DNA of 64,000 bases from Salpingoeca rosetta (lineage: Eukaryota > Protista > Choanoflagellata), in NCBI GenBank assembly GCA_033442325.1, contig JAWQFM010000028.1:833295-897294 (forward strand), given 5' to 3'. The translations under genes and the position numbers were made by a program. Position 1 is the stretch's first letter; every line of letters begins with the position of its first letter. The notes under the pieces were generated by a model that saw only the letters and a program-made list of their open reading frames with translations, had not been told where the DNA came from and ran no database searches. Shown piece by piece: positions 1-14,729 of this stretch.

Positions 1-1151
1 CAAGCAAATAACAGCAGCAGCAACAACAAGAGCAACAGCTCAGCCCTAACACGCCGCCACGACAGCACATAATAATACCTTGTGCATGTCGGCGGTCATG
101 ACGGGACACCAGCGCTCAACAGGTTTGCGGTCCAGCTGCATTGGCGCTTTCAACTCCGCCCGACCCAGCACAACTGGCGGAGTGCGTACAGAGCGTGTGT
201 GATGTGATGTGATGTGAGCCATACAGGAAGCACACAGCACAGACAAGTCGAAACGTGAGGGGATAAAACGGTGATGATGACGACGTGGGACGAGCAGGAG
301 CGCATGCATATGATCATAACGTGTGTGAGAAGGCAACCTCTGTTGTTGTTGTTGTTGACATGTGTGGCCATGCAGCCAAGCGGAACGCAGGCAATGAACA
401 CCGAAAACCAACACAACGCAGCCAGCGCCATCATCCCCGCCCACCTCGCTTGATGCTGTCTGCGACGTCAAAGCCGATCCACGCCATATCTGCCAGGTAC
501 TGCATGAGCTGGGGTTTGCCGCATCGCACGGGGAAGACTGCCGTCGTGTCCACGTATGTTTTGGAGGGCGGGTTCTGCTTTGCAGCTTGCAGCCGCTGCC
601 TGTTCTTGCCGCGTGTCTTGTTTGTCACCACCTTGGGACTGAGGACGCAGCAACGAAGCAGACGCACGGATGCAGACGCACACGTAAGAAAAGGTGCGTA
701 TGTGTGTGTGTGTGTGTATGTGTGTGGGTAAATAGTTCAGTGTGCCGTGCAAGGTGACCAAAGCAAGCATGAGAGGGGGCCTGGTGGGCGACGTACCTGA
801 ACGTTGTTGGGGCTTGTGGGTCGCCCCACCAAGCGAGGCTGACAGTGAAGCGGCGGGGCGGGTCACGCATGGCCCATGCGATCTGATCCACCGTGACAAC
901 AATTCGGGCTTGAACCGGGCCCTGTTGTGGATACCCAAAGGAGTTGTTGGTGAGGGTAGATGGACGGCAGGGGCAGAGAGGGAGAGAGAGAGCGTGTGTG
1001 TTGCGTTGCGTGTGTGTGTGTGTGTGTGTGTCACACAGAGACCACACAGAGAGCACACAGAGAGCACACAGAGAGCACACACACTCGCACACACTCGCAC
1101 ACGCACACCCCTTACCTTGACGGCTGGAGGCAAGGATGTCCCTTGTTGCAT
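1..1151 (-). CDS. C2CD3: C2CD3-like centriole/ciliogenesis protein, N-terminal C2 domain; gene runs off the left edge of the window
   Basis: Exons 1151-1116, 921-797, 638-445 and 173-79 have GT-AG boundaries and join in frame: MQQGTSLPPAVKGPVQARIVVTVDQIAW...VSLAWWGD...TTAVFPVRCGKPQLMQYLADM...VVLGRAEL. This matches the recalled C2CD3 N-terminus (TSLPP..V.G, V.WWG, Y.IRCGPKQF.SYL.DM, IGRVQI). Confidence 0.75.
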
Positions 1152-1400
1152 GCCAACTTTTCGATGTCGGTGTTGAGGTTGCTGTGGCTGATGCTGTGGC
1201 TGGGCTGAGCGCACAGGCAAGCGGGAACCCTTCTTCCCACCACCACCGCCACCACCACCGTCACCCGCACTCGTGGTCGTCTTCCTCATCGTTTGTCGCT
1301 GTTGTGTGTGGTTGTGAGAATAACGGCTGATGAATTTCACGTCTGCACGTTTCGCACACACAAATCACACACACACGCACGCACGCACGCTCACACGAGC

Positions 1401-2432
1401 ATGACAGCTGCGCCTGTGACGTGTGCGTTCCTGGCGAGGGCGGCGAGCTTGCTGCTGGCAGAGGGCGGTGGGGCAGAGATGGCACGGCACATGCTGGCGC
1501 CGCTCGGGCACATGGTGGAGGAGAGTGCGGAGAAGGACGAGGAGAGTGCTTCCAAAAGCAAGGCAGCCAAGAAGAACAAGAAGAAAGGCAAGAAGCATCA
1601 GCAGCAAAGCGGTGGGGGAGGTGGTGATGGTGGTGCAAAGGAGCACACGCGCACGGGTTGGCTCAGCGCATCAATACCAGCACCAACACCGTCACCAACA
1701 CCAGCACCAGCACGAGCACTCGTGTCAACTGTGGGAAGGGAAACCATGGCGAGTAGCAGAGGTGACAACTCAGATGCGGGCGCCTCGACCACGGCACAAT
1801 TATTTGCAGCGATGTCTGCGAAGGGGGACTGTGCGCTTCATGGCGACGCGAAGCAGCAGTTCTGCCAAAGATGTGGGTCCGTCTTTGCAGCGCACCCGCC
1901 CCGGTGTGTACGAGCACGCCGGCGCCACCAAGCCACGCCTGTCGTGAAGGTTGTGTGCTCGCAGTGCGGAATGCGGTGCTGGCAAGGCAGAGCGCCACGC
2001 ACAGCAAGGCGAATTCTGCGTCGCGGCAACAAGGCGGCCGCTGCGAGCGTCAAGCTTGCGGCGGCAAAAGGAACACACGCGCCTGCAACAACTGGCGCCA
2101 GTAATAATGGCCAGCTTCAAGCCGGCGCTGCAGCGCTGCAGCATGACCCGAGCGTGACGCACCCGTCCCCAGCTGACAAGCCCACACCAAGATCAGAACA
2201 GCGGCAACAACAACCGGTGTCAAGCAAGGCGGCCACGAAGAAAGACAGGAAGCGGCAGGAACGCAACAAGCAGAAGTTAGCTCTGAAGCAGTTGCTGGGA
2301 CAAGCCGTCGCCAAGGAACAGCAACAACAAGGCGGCAAGAACGGCAAAGGAAAGAACAAGAAAAAGAAGAAGAAGAAAGGTGGCGGTGGCGGTCAGGGCT
2401 TGACCCTGGCGGATGTGTTGCAGTCGTGCTGA
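1401..2432 (+). CDS. Rpr2/Rpp21/Snm1-family zinc-ribbon subunit of RNase P/MRP; intronless, Lys-rich
   Basis: ATG at 1401 within ORF 1293-2432. N-terminal helix FLARAASLL..MARHML, two CxxC pairs (FCQRC, VCSQC), and a basic C-terminus ending LKQLL...LADVLQSC. Confidence 0.65.
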   Translation: MTAAPVTCAFLARAASLLLAEGGGAEMARHMLAPLGHMVEESAEKDEESASKSKAAKKNKKKGKKHQQQSGGGGGDGGAKEHTRTGWLSASIPAPTPSPTPAPARALVSTVGRETMASSRGDNSDAGASTTAQLFAAMSAKGDCALHGDAKQQFCQRCGSVFAAHPPRCVRARRRHQATPVVKVVCSQCGMRCWQGRAPRTARRILRRGNKAAAASVKLAAAKGTHAPATTGASNNGQLQAGAAALQHDPSVTHPSPADKPTPRSEQRQQQPVSSKAATKKDRKRQERNKQKLALKQLLGQAVAKEQQQQGGKNGKGKNKKKKKKKGGGGGQGLTLADVLQSC

Positions 2433-2701
2433 GTGGAGCGCATGGCTGAAGGTGTGTTGGTGGTGGTGGTGGTGTTGGGGGTTTAGGAGAGGTTGGCAGT
2501 GGTGTGTGTGTGTGTGTGTGTGTTGCTGTGTGTGTGTGTGTGTTGCTGCGTGTGAGTTGTATTCAGAAGCCGGCTAGGCGGTTGCATTTATTGGTTTGAG
2601 GCCTTCATCGAAGAGGACTTCATCTTGCTTAAACAGACAGAATCACTGAGGTAGACACGAGCGGGGTGGTGTTGAAGACGAAAGACGACGGTCGACGAGG
2701 A

Positions 2702-2733
<32 letters not shown>

Positions 2734-2806
2734 CACTATTGACATAGTCATCATCACCATCATCACCATCATCATCATCATTCGTTCATCATCATCATCA
2801 TCATGG

Positions 2807-3733
2807 TCATGCTGCCCACGACTTGAACATGCCGCGTGGGTTTGCCGAGCGCTTGGTGCCGAGCGTGCTTGCCGAGCGCAGCTCCTTGATGCTGTCGTAC
2901 ATGTCGTCAATTCTCTCGCGGTTGACTTGGTCAAAGATGAGGCGACGGTCCCCCGCCAGCTTGAACGCCAGATCCACGCTCGTCTTCGCCCACTGCTTCT
3001 TGCGGTGCTGGAAGAGCGTGGAGAGCACCCTGACAATGGCGTCCAGCCGCTCACGCTTCTCGGCGTCTGTCGGCACATACTGGGTGATCTCCATGCCCAG
3101 GAGGATGTCGCTCTGCTTGGGGAAGGCCGTGTCCAGCTGCTCAATGGCCTCGTGCGCCACCTTGGCCGCCTGCGCAAACTGGTACGTGTCGTCTGTGTTG
3201 AGGCGGTGGCACGTCACGTGGTACAGCACCATCGTGCGCAGCTGGAACGTGTGCTTGTCAGAGAAAGCGTCCATGTTGCGGTGCGCGAGTGAGAAGATGT
3301 CGCGATACGCCGCCATGCTGGCCGGGTTGCCCTGGCGGCGGGACGCCAGCGCGTCCAGCTTCTGCAGCAGCGGAAAGAACTCCTCGCTCGTGTCCCTGCG
3401 CAGGTCTGTCTCCATGAGTTTGCACAGCACCGGCGCTGCCTTGGGGAACTTCCTGTCGTCCAACAGCAGCGTGTTGAGCTTCTTCAGCAGCACCTTTCTC
3501 TTCTCCGCCTCTGTCGCTTCCAGTTTCGCTGGCTCTGTCGTTGCTGGTTCTGCCTGCTTTTGTTTGGTCTCTGCTTCTGCATCGCTAGCGGTGCTGGTGT
3601 CGGGTGATGGCTCCAGCTTCTTATCCTCCGCCTTTGCCGGAGCATCAGACCCCGTCGGTGAGCTTGAAGACGCAGCATGCTTGTCCTCTGCCTCTTCTTC
3701 CAAGCGCGCACGCTTTGGCTCCAGTTCCGCCAT
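2807..3733 (-). CDS. Conserved hypothetical alpha-helical protein, intronless
   Basis: Clean ORF of about 308 aa from ATG 3733 (MAELEPKRARL, NLS-like) with GC3-rich coding bias. An acidic low-complexity N-terminus is followed by a globular helical region (KFPKA, LNTDDTYQF, KQWAKTSVD). Confidence 0.75.
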   Translation of the reverse strand: MAELEPKRARLEEEAEDKHAASSSSPTGSDAPAKAEDKKLEPSPDTSTASDAEAETKQKQAEPATTEPAKLEATEAEKRKVLLKKLNTLLLDDRKFPKAAPVLCKLMETDLRRDTSEEFFPLLQKLDALASRRQGNPASMAAYRDIFSLAHRNMDAFSDKHTFQLRTMVLYHVTCHRLNTDDTYQFAQAAKVAHEAIEQLDTAFPKQSDILLGMEITQYVPTDAEKRERLDAIVRVLSTLFQHRKKQWAKTSVDLAFKLAGDRRLIFDQVNRERIDDMYDSIKELRSASTLGTKRSANPRGMFKSWAA

Positions 3734-3953
3734 GGCGTTGTGGTTGTGTGACAATGTGATGTGCCGTCGTTTTAACTGTTCGAGTGAACTGAACAGAGAG
3801 ATGTGTCTGGCTGATGGTGGTGTGAACGACCGTCGTCTGTCGCGCTTGACTTTGCTTTGGCGTGGTGGCGATAACCGTTGCTGTGTGACTTGTGCTTAGG
3901 AACTGATTTCAGTGAACTTGAAGTGCCGACTGAATTCAGGGCCGCTTATGAAG

Positions 3954-5412
3954 ATGGCTGCGCCGCGACTGTTGAACGTGAATGTGGGAGTGCTGGGGCA
4001 TGTGGACTCTGGGAAGACCTCGCTTGGTCAGTGCCCCTGCGCGCGCATGTGTGTGTGTGTGCGTGCGTGTGTGTGTGTGTGTGTGTGTAGTTATGCTGCA
4101 GGCTCACCCTCTGTGTTTCGTTTACGTTCACACACGCACACACACGCACACACACACGCACACACGCACATACACCTAGCCAAGGCCATGAGCACGGTGT
4201 CGTCCACTGCCGCGTTTGACAAGCATCCACAGAGCAAGGAACGTGGTATCACCCTGGACCTCGGTAAGCCGCAACTGTCTTCGCAGCACACACATTCATG
4301 TGACAGCGTCTGCCGTGCTCACCCCTGCAATGGCTTGTCTTTGTCTGTGCGCTGCACATTGTAGGGTTTTCCTCCCTTCTCATTCCGACCCCGGACAACC
4401 TCAAAGGTAGCGTGGTTTGGAAGAACGTGCTTGCTTCTCGTTCCCCTTGCTCGCCTGTATGCCTCACGTAGTGGCACTCTCTTCCTCACACGCCGTGTTC
4501 TCTGGTGTCGACGCGGACATCTTCTGCCGTTGCAGAGTACACGAAGGAGGAGCAGGTGCAGCTGACGCTGGTGGACTGTCCCGGCCATGCGTCCCTCATC
4601 AAGACGATCATCGGTGGTGCCCAGATCATCGACGTCATGCTCCTCGTCATCGATGTCACCAAAGGCATCCAAACACAGACTGCAGAGTGCATCGTCATTG
4701 GCGAAATCACCTGCGAGCGCCTGGTGAGGCATGATTGTGTGTGTGTGCGTGTGTGCGTGTGGATGTGTGCGTGTGTGCGTTTGTGCGTGTGTATGCGTAT
4801 GTGTGTGTGCGTGTGTGTGTGTGTGTGTGCGTGTGTGCGTGTGGATGTGTGCGTGTGTGTGTGCGTACCCTTTTTGCATCCATCCGGTTGTCGCTGACAG
4901 CATGTGCGGGCCTGCTGTTTTCGTTCGCGTGCTCTGCAGGTGATTGCGCTGAACAAGATTGACCTGCTGCCACCAGACAAGCGTCAGGCCAAGGTAAACG
5001 CTGACGTTTGAGCTGATGGCGTACGTGCGTGCACGCTCATGAACACAACCACAGCTCACGTTCGTTACCGTGTCGCCGTGTCGCCCTGCGTCCCATTGCA
5101 GATTGACAAGATGATTCAGAAACTCAAGAAGACGTTCCAACACACCAAGTATGTGTGTGTGTGTGTCTGTGTCTGTCTGTTTGTGTGTATGTGTGCATGT
5201 GTGTGTGTGTGTATGTGTGCATGTGTGTGTGTGTGCATGTGTGTTTGCTGTGTGTTGCAGTTTGCATGCATGTCCATGCGCCTCCACACCTTCCCTGACC
5301 CCTCTTGGTGGTCCACAGGTTCACGGACCCGCCAATAGTGCCCGTCTCCGCCGCTGGCTGTACGTTCAGTCGAGGGTGTGTGTGTATATATATATCTATG
5401 TATATATGCGTG

Positions 5413-5479
<67 letters not shown>

Positions 5480-8356
5480 GTTTGTGTGTACGCGCGCCCA
5501 CGTTCCTTCTATCGACGCAGCATACACATGTGCATGCGTGCACAACCCCACCCCCCATTACCAACCGCCAACCCACCAATCAACGTTCCCTCCACCTCCC
5601 TGAACAGGCACTGGCGATGGCACCCCCACGGGCGTTGCGGCGCTGCTGTCGGCCATATCCGCTGCTGTGCAGCTCAAGTCCCGCAACGCCGCAGGCCCAC
5701 TCGTCTTTGCCGTCGACCACTGCTTCGGCATCAAGGGCCAGGTCCGTTATCTTGCTGTTGCTGTTGTTGTTGTTGTTGTTGTTGTGTGTGTATGTGTGTG
5801 TTTGTGTGTGTGTGTGTGCATGTACGTGTGTGTATGTACGTGTGTGTGTGTGTGTATGTGTGTGTGTGTGTTGTGTGTTGTGTTTTCTGTGCACGTGCGT
5901 GTACATGTGTGCTCTCAATTTCATCTGGTGTGTCCACTGCCCTCGTGTGTGCTCACGATGATGGTCGCATCGTCATCATTGTCATCACGATCAGGGCACG
6001 ATCATGACGGGCACGGTGCTGTCGGGCTCCGTTCATGTCGGCGACGAGGTCGAGCTGCCAGCATACAAGGTGCACAGACACACACACATCACACACATCA
6101 CACACACACACATGTACACACACACACACATACACACACACACACACATGTACACAGACGCACGCTGCTTCCTGCTCTTGGCACGTGGTGTAGGCGTGCT
6201 GCATGCTGCATTGCATTGTTGAGGTACACGGGCGAAGATCCCCCTCCCATCCACGCCTCATACCATCCACTATCACCATCACCACTCAACACAACCCACT
6301 CAACATCAATGCCACTGCGGCAATCAGGAAGTGCGGAAGGTCAAGTCAATGCAGATGTTCCGGAAACCCGTGGAGGCCGCGCAGCAGGGCGACAGGCTCG
6401 GTGCGTTGGTGCGTTGGTGCGTTGGTGCGTCAGCTGGTGGGATGGTGGTGGTGTAGGTGGAGACATTTACTCACATGTTCACGCATACACACACACACAC
6501 ACACACTCTCTCTCTCTTTCACACACATCTTCACGCACACACTTGCAGGCCTGTGCGTGACGCAATTTGACCCAAAGTTAATGGAGAGGGGCGTGGTCTG
6601 CTCGCCAGGCGCCATGCCGCCCATGAAACGTAAGATATTCAACACATGCGCATTCCTACCACCCCCTTTGCACTCACCCCTTTCCACCTCACGTCTTTAC
6701 ACATGCTCACGCGTGTGCACCGCTCGTCGTCCCCCCTTTCTCTCGTTACGCGTCCAGTGTTTCTTGCGTCAGTGCAGCGCATTTCGTTTTACCGGCAGGC
6801 GATTCGGTCCAGAGACAAATTCCACATCTCCATCGGCCACCAGACCGTCACCGCCTCCATCCTCGCCCTCTTCTCCCCGCTCGACACAACACGTGCGTGT
6901 GATGGTGTCTGTGTGTTTGAAGTTGTGGCAGCTGTGTGATGTCGTCGTCGTCGTCGTCGTCGTCGTGATGCTGCTCATCATCGTGCATGGCGTTCGCAAT
7001 CGCTTCGTTTACACGCGCATCTCCTTTCCTTCTCAACCATGCACTCCACCTCATTGCTCCTCACCCCCCTTCCTTTTCCTTCCCCTTCCTTTTCCTTCCT
7101 TCTTCACCCCCTTCCCCCCCCAAAAAACCCCTCAGGCCCAGTGTCCGGCATTGATGATGATGACGACGGCTTCGACTACGATCAGGAGTTTGAGTACAAC
7201 GACGAATGGGACACATCGACCAACCGCATGGTGCGATGGAGCAGCCCTGCACCTATTGTCATCGTGGTTGGTGGTGTTGGTGTCAATGACGAGGAAAAGG
7301 AGCTTTCCCCTATCCCCCATATCATCATGACGTCTCACGATCGCATAACCTGTTTTCTCCACGCATGCCTGCAGCTGTGTGTGCTTGAACTGCAGAGCGA
7401 GATTTGCGCGCGGCCAAACTCGCTGTTCATCGGCTCACGACTCGACACGGACATACACGCAAACACGGTCGGTGCTGCGCTGTGGGCAACGTCAAGGGGG
7501 TGAAGGGAGAGAGCATGAAGCGGGGTGGAGACAGGCAGAGGGCGAAGACATTGCAGTGGTCACTGTACTTCACGTCTCATTGGAGCAACCGTGCGCAACC
7601 ATGTGCAAACATGTGTTCACAATCACCCCCGCCCTCCCCAACACACCAAATACACATACACTGCAGTGCCGGCTGGCGTTCTCTGGGCGGGTGCGCCGCT
7701 CATGCACAGAACGCGAGAGAGATGAATTCCTCAAACACACGCGCGTGTGCAAACTCAAACACAGGCACGGCGTTGTCGACAGGTGTGACAGCAGTGGTGG
7801 TGGTGCTCGCGTGCCGGGTTGTACGAGTCGTTGCTGTGGACTGTGTGTCATGTCACGCGACAACATGTGCGCGTACACATCTGTGTTGCCCCTTGTAACC
7901 TGCCACCACCGCCGCCGCCACCACCACCTCACCATTCTCACCACCACCATCACCATCACGACCACCATTGGCAGGATGCAAGATGAGCGGACGCTGGTGT
8001 GCGACGGGTTCTTCAAGAAGGGCGCCACGATGGACGCGTTCCTTGGCCGCCGCGTACAGCTGAGCACAGGGGAGGAGGCAGATATCACGGGCGCTTTCGG
8101 CAAGAGCGGCAAGTTCAAGGTGGCGGTGGTTGGCGATGGGCTGAAGGACACGACGGTAGCGCGGCTGCAGGCTGCTGCTGACAGGAAGAAGGCGAGGAAG
8201 AAGGCTGCCAAGGGCAAGGCGCCAACAGCAACAGTTGCAACAACCCGTGCTGGTGGTGATGGTGGTGGTGATGGAGACGAGGATGAGGGCCCCATTGGGG
8301 TGACGCTGACGTTCAAACGGATGGTCTTTGACAAGGAAGCGTCCATGGTCCAATGA
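3954..8356 (+). CDS. EEFSEC: Selenocysteine-specific translation elongation factor (eEFSec/SelB), multi-exon
   Basis: Spliced motifs: NVNVGVLGHVDSGKTSLAKAMSTVSSTAAFDKHPQSKERGITLDLGFS, LVDCPGHASLIKTIIGGAQIID, LNKIDL, FAVDHCFGIKGQGTIMTGT, FHISIGHQT, IGSRLDTDIHANTCRLAFSG and GAFGKSGKFKV. Stop TGA at 8354-8356; an alternative in-frame ATG lies at 3948. Confidence 0.95.
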
Positions 8357-8638
8357 CACACGCGTGTGTTGTGTTGTGTTGTGTTGTGACGCGTTGTGTT
8401 GTGTGTTGTGTTGTGTTGTGTGTGTGCGCGCGCTATTGGCTGGGTTGTAGGGCTGCTGTGTTCATTGTTGTTGTCAATTAATACAAGGACAGAGATGGAG
8501 AGAGAAGCTGAACAACAGGGGTTGATGTACACACAGCAATGGCATGCGCACAGCGAGGGAGGCAGGGAGACAGAAAGCGGCCATGTGGATGAGACACAAG
8601 AACACCACACATCACAGACACACAGACACACAGACACA

Positions 8639-8677
<39 letters not shown>

Positions 8678-8678
8678 A

Positions 8679-8778
8679 NNNNNNNNNNNNNNNNNNNNNN
8701 NNNNNNNNNNNNNNNNNNNNNNNNNNNNNNNNNNNNNNNNNNNNNNNNNNNNNNNNNNNNNNNNNNNNNNNNNNNNNN
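8679..8778. other. Assembly gap of 100 N. Further gaps at 11718-11817, 43694-43793, 56698-56797, 60635-60734 and 62551-62650
   Basis: Runs of exactly 100 n, each abutting a (CA)n/(GT)n tract, consistent with placeholder gaps of unknown true size. Confidence 0.98.
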
Positions 8779-9092
8779 CGTTAGTGTATTGAGATCAGTA
8801 CCATGTACTATCGGTATAAAAGAGACATGGAGAAACAAATGATGACTGTGCACGTGTGTGTGTACCCTATGTGAAGTGTGGTTGTGCCCCAATCCCACCG
8901 CTTGCGCGGTGTGTCCGATAACGATGCTCACACCCTGGTGCAAGGTCGCCGGGGGGATAAAAGAGATATCCCTCACCCGATCTACTGTGGTGGTCAAAGT
9001 AGTCTTACATACAAATGGTCTGTGACTACATTCATAGGGGTGACGAGAAGATGTTGGCGCTAGTCTCCGGAGTGCGTGCGAGGGTGTTCATG

Positions 9093-9218
<126 letters not shown>

Positions 9219-9225
9219 AGAGCAC

Positions 9226-9383
9226 CTTCTGGGTATGTGTAGGTGCCTTTGCCGTGCATCTCGTTGTCCACCCATTCGCCCTTGAACTTGCTCCCATCCT
9301 TCCACTGTTGTGTTGTGTGTAGTGCAGAGCAGGGCGTGAGTGCAAACAATGGACAACGTCGACGACCACCACATACACCACAC

Positions 9384-9415
<32 letters not shown>

Positions 9416-9466
9416 TACCTCGTGGGCGTGCGCCCCTTGCCTGTGTAGCTCCCTGATCTTTGGCAT
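9226..9466 (-). CDS. MORN-repeat protein; only the first two exons are visible, the remainder probably lies in the gap
   Basis: Exon 9466-9419 (MPKIRELHRQGAHAHE, gtatgt donor) and exon 9304-9226 (WKDGSKFKGEWVDNEMHGKGTYTYPE), a canonical MORN motif Y/F.G.W..G.MHG.G.YT. Confidence 0.75.
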
Positions 9467-9515
9467 CGTTGGTGGGTGTGCTGCCTCAACTGGCTCAACT
9501 GCCTCAACTGCTGAT

Positions 9516-9528
9516 CTTGCTTGGCAAC
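9516..9528. promoter_or_regulatory. Putative RFX X-box in the divergent MORN/PPIL6 promoter
   Basis: CTTGCTTGGCAAC (reverse complement GTTGCCAAGCAAG) lies between two ciliary-type start codons (9466 and 9651). Confidence 0.5.
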
Positions 9529-9650
9529 GCGAATGCAAACACAGCACTTTTTCGCCTGCAAACCAACAAGCAACAGAGTGAACTTGGCTCACATCAACTC
9601 ACATCAACTCAGCTCACCACCCTTTCCTCGCTCACGTTTGAGGCAAGACG

Positions 9651-9777
9651 ATGCCGATCACCAAGGTTGAGGTGCTTGGACTGCGGAATGATCCGCTCTT
9701 CCACACAGCACGCCACGCAGCAAAGGTGATCAGTGGCGTGGTGAATGTTGGTGTGTGTGGTGTGTGTGCGTGTGTGC

Positions 9778-9824
<47 letters not shown>

Positions 9825-10353
9825 TGTGTGTGTGTGTGTGTGTGTGTGTGTGCATCCTGCGTCGTTGGCATCCTGCACCGTGTACATCCTGCGTCGTGTG
9901 CATCCTGCAACGTGTGCATCCCATGGGTACGTCTCCATCGTGATCCTCACCGCCTTCCACGCTTGGTTCTTGCTAAGTTCTTGGAGACGGAGCGCAAGCG
10001 CGACTTTGATGTCACATGCACGGATCTGAACGAACTGGACTGGCAAATGGCAAAGACAGAACACAAGCAGGTGCGTCGCACAGTGTTTCGCTGTATGAGT
10101 TGGTCATGAGTGGCCATGTGTGTGTGTGGATGAGGTGCATGTTGCTGTGGTGTGGCATCCTTCATATTCTTTGGTGCTGTGCGCCCCTCACGTGCCCATG
10201 CGTGCATGTGCAGTTGCAACCTCATGCCAGCACCTTTGAGGAGGATGTGCTGGTGAAGGTCGATGGCAAGGTGCTCGACTCTGTGGAGAGTCTTCTCCAC
10301 ACCGCACACAACGCTGGCTACGAATCCCCGTACGTGCAATGCAGCCCGTATGC

Positions 10354-10387
<34 letters not shown>

Positions 10388-11670
10388 GCGCGCGCGTGTG
10401 TGTGTGTACCTGCGTGTGTGTGTGTGTGTACATGCGTGTGTGTGTGTGTGTGTGCATGCGTGTGCGCGTGTGCCTGTCTGCCTGTGTGTGCACTTTCTCG
10501 ACAGCAGCGCCGTGCCTCTCACTGTATGTTTACACCGGCTCTTCACTTCCAACACTGCAACAGAGACGATGTTGACTTTGAGAAGGAGGCGCTTGACTTT
10601 GAGACGGCATATCGCGCCAACAGCGGCCATGACTTTGTCTACTTTGACCTCACACACGGCGACCAGGAGCTCGGCCGCATCGTCTTTGAGGTGCGTGTGC
10701 GTGTGGATGGATGGGGGGGGGGGGCGAACACGCAGACACACGCAGTATTGCTAGCCACCTTCATTGTCGTCGTCATTATCATCATCATCATATCTTGTTG
10801 TGCTCACACCTCGTGACTGCCACGCCACCCATCGTGCCTTCCGTCTGCATTGGTACCAGCTCTTCAGCAACAAGCTGCCGAAGACTTGCGAGAACTTCAA
10901 GGCCATTTGCGTCGGCGACCACAAGAGCAAGAACAAGACCTACGAAGGTGCCTTCGTGTATGCAAGTTGGCGTGTCACAAACAAACAGCCACGGTTTGCT
11001 CAGTGTCCTTTTACATCACAACACACACACATGGGTTCATCTTACCGTATCCATGTGTGTGCACGCGGTTGCTTGCAGGCAAGCCGCTGACCTACAAGGA
11101 CACGCTGCTGCACCGGATTCAGAAGTACGGCTGGGTGCAGGGCGGTGACATCTTCACAGGCGCAGGCGACCACGGTGTGTGTCGGATGTGTGTTGAAGTG
11201 CATGTATGTGTGTGCGTGTGCATGTATGTGTGTGTGTACGCGCGTGTGTGTGTGCGTGTGCATGTGTGTGTGTCTGTGTGCGTCACTGTAGCATTGGACC
11301 GTTTCACACAACCTCCTACTTTTCATCACACCACCACCTCACCATCTCCTCACCACCACCCACTACCTCAGGCGAGTCAATCTACGGGGAGACGTTTGCG
11401 GATGAGAGCTTCAGCGTGAACCACAGCAAGCGCGGCATCCTGGCGATGGCGAACAACGGCCTGCACACCAACTCCTCACAGTTCTTCATCGCATTCAGGG
11501 CCCTCGAGTGGATGAACACCAGATATGTCGCCTTTGGGTGAGTACGGCTGCCTTGCGTGGAGAGGGGGGGGGGGGTTAGGGGGTTGACAGTGAATCGTGA
11601 AGCGTGAATGTGAAGCGTGAATGTGAAGCGTGAACGTGAAGCGTGAGATCAACGTACCTCTCACACATCT

Positions 11671-11708
<38 letters not shown>

Positions 11709-11817
11709 CGCACACACNNNNNNNNNNNNNNNNNNNNNNNNNNNNNNNNNNNNNNNNNNNNNNNNNNNNNNNNNNNNNNNNNNNNNNNNNNNNNNNNNNN
11801 NNNNNNNNNNNNNNNNN

Positions 11818-11913
<96 letters not shown>

Positions 11914-12041
11914 AACTGCACTGCAGGCAAGTGTACCGTGGGAGCGCTGTGCTGGCAGCTGTGGAGGCGTGTGAGACGTTCAACCAGCGGCCCCTCAAAC
12001 CGCTCAAGATCACCGCCTGCGGCCTCTTCGACGAGCCATAG
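9651..12041 (+). CDS. PPIL6: PPIL6-like cyclophilin (radial-spoke type)
   Basis: PPIL6-type N-terminal extension ([19 protein letters not shown]), then [17 protein letters not shown]...[73 protein letters not shown] and ETFNQRP. Stop TAG at 12039-12041. Confidence 0.9.
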
Positions 12042-12308
12042 GCCAATAAACCATATTGGGCTAGAAATAGGACACCAGTGGAAGTGCGCGCACACAAAGC
12101 AAAGCAAAGCAAACGCACACACGAAGACACACAATCCCCCCACTGTCGTGCGTCCCCACCACACACCTCCATCGAAGCTTGCGACCGAGGAAGGCAATCG
12201 TACACGCGCGCGAACACACACACACACACATACACACACACACACATACACACACACGGCAGACAGCAGCAATACCGCTGCCACACAAAGACGAAGCAAC
12301 CAGCAAGG

Positions 12309-14729
<2,421 letters not shown>

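Noticed and set aside
1145-1157. X-box-like palindrome GTTGCATGCCAAC at C2CD3
   Set aside because: It overlaps the predicted start codon and deviates from the consensus, so it cannot be distinguished from chance.
2823-3899. Long antisense ORFs (also 19488-20294, 21331-22149, 53285-54553)
   Set aside because: They are shadows of GC3-biased coding sequence on the opposite strand and have no motifs of their own.
3954-8700. SECIS element, tRNA-Sec or selenoprotein clustered with eEFSec
   Set aside because: None of my gene models needs an in-frame TGA, and I could not see a convincing SECIS or tRNA cloverleaf by eye.
8838-8846. ATGATGA box C suggesting a C/D snoRNA
   Set aside because: There is no suitably placed CTGA box D or terminal stem, and it lies in low-confidence sequence beside a gap.
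11590-11646. Small intronic tandem repeats (13-bp unit here; also about 14027-14090, 41640-41800, 57415-57482)
   Set aside because: They look like ordinary slippage duplications, with no evidence of function.
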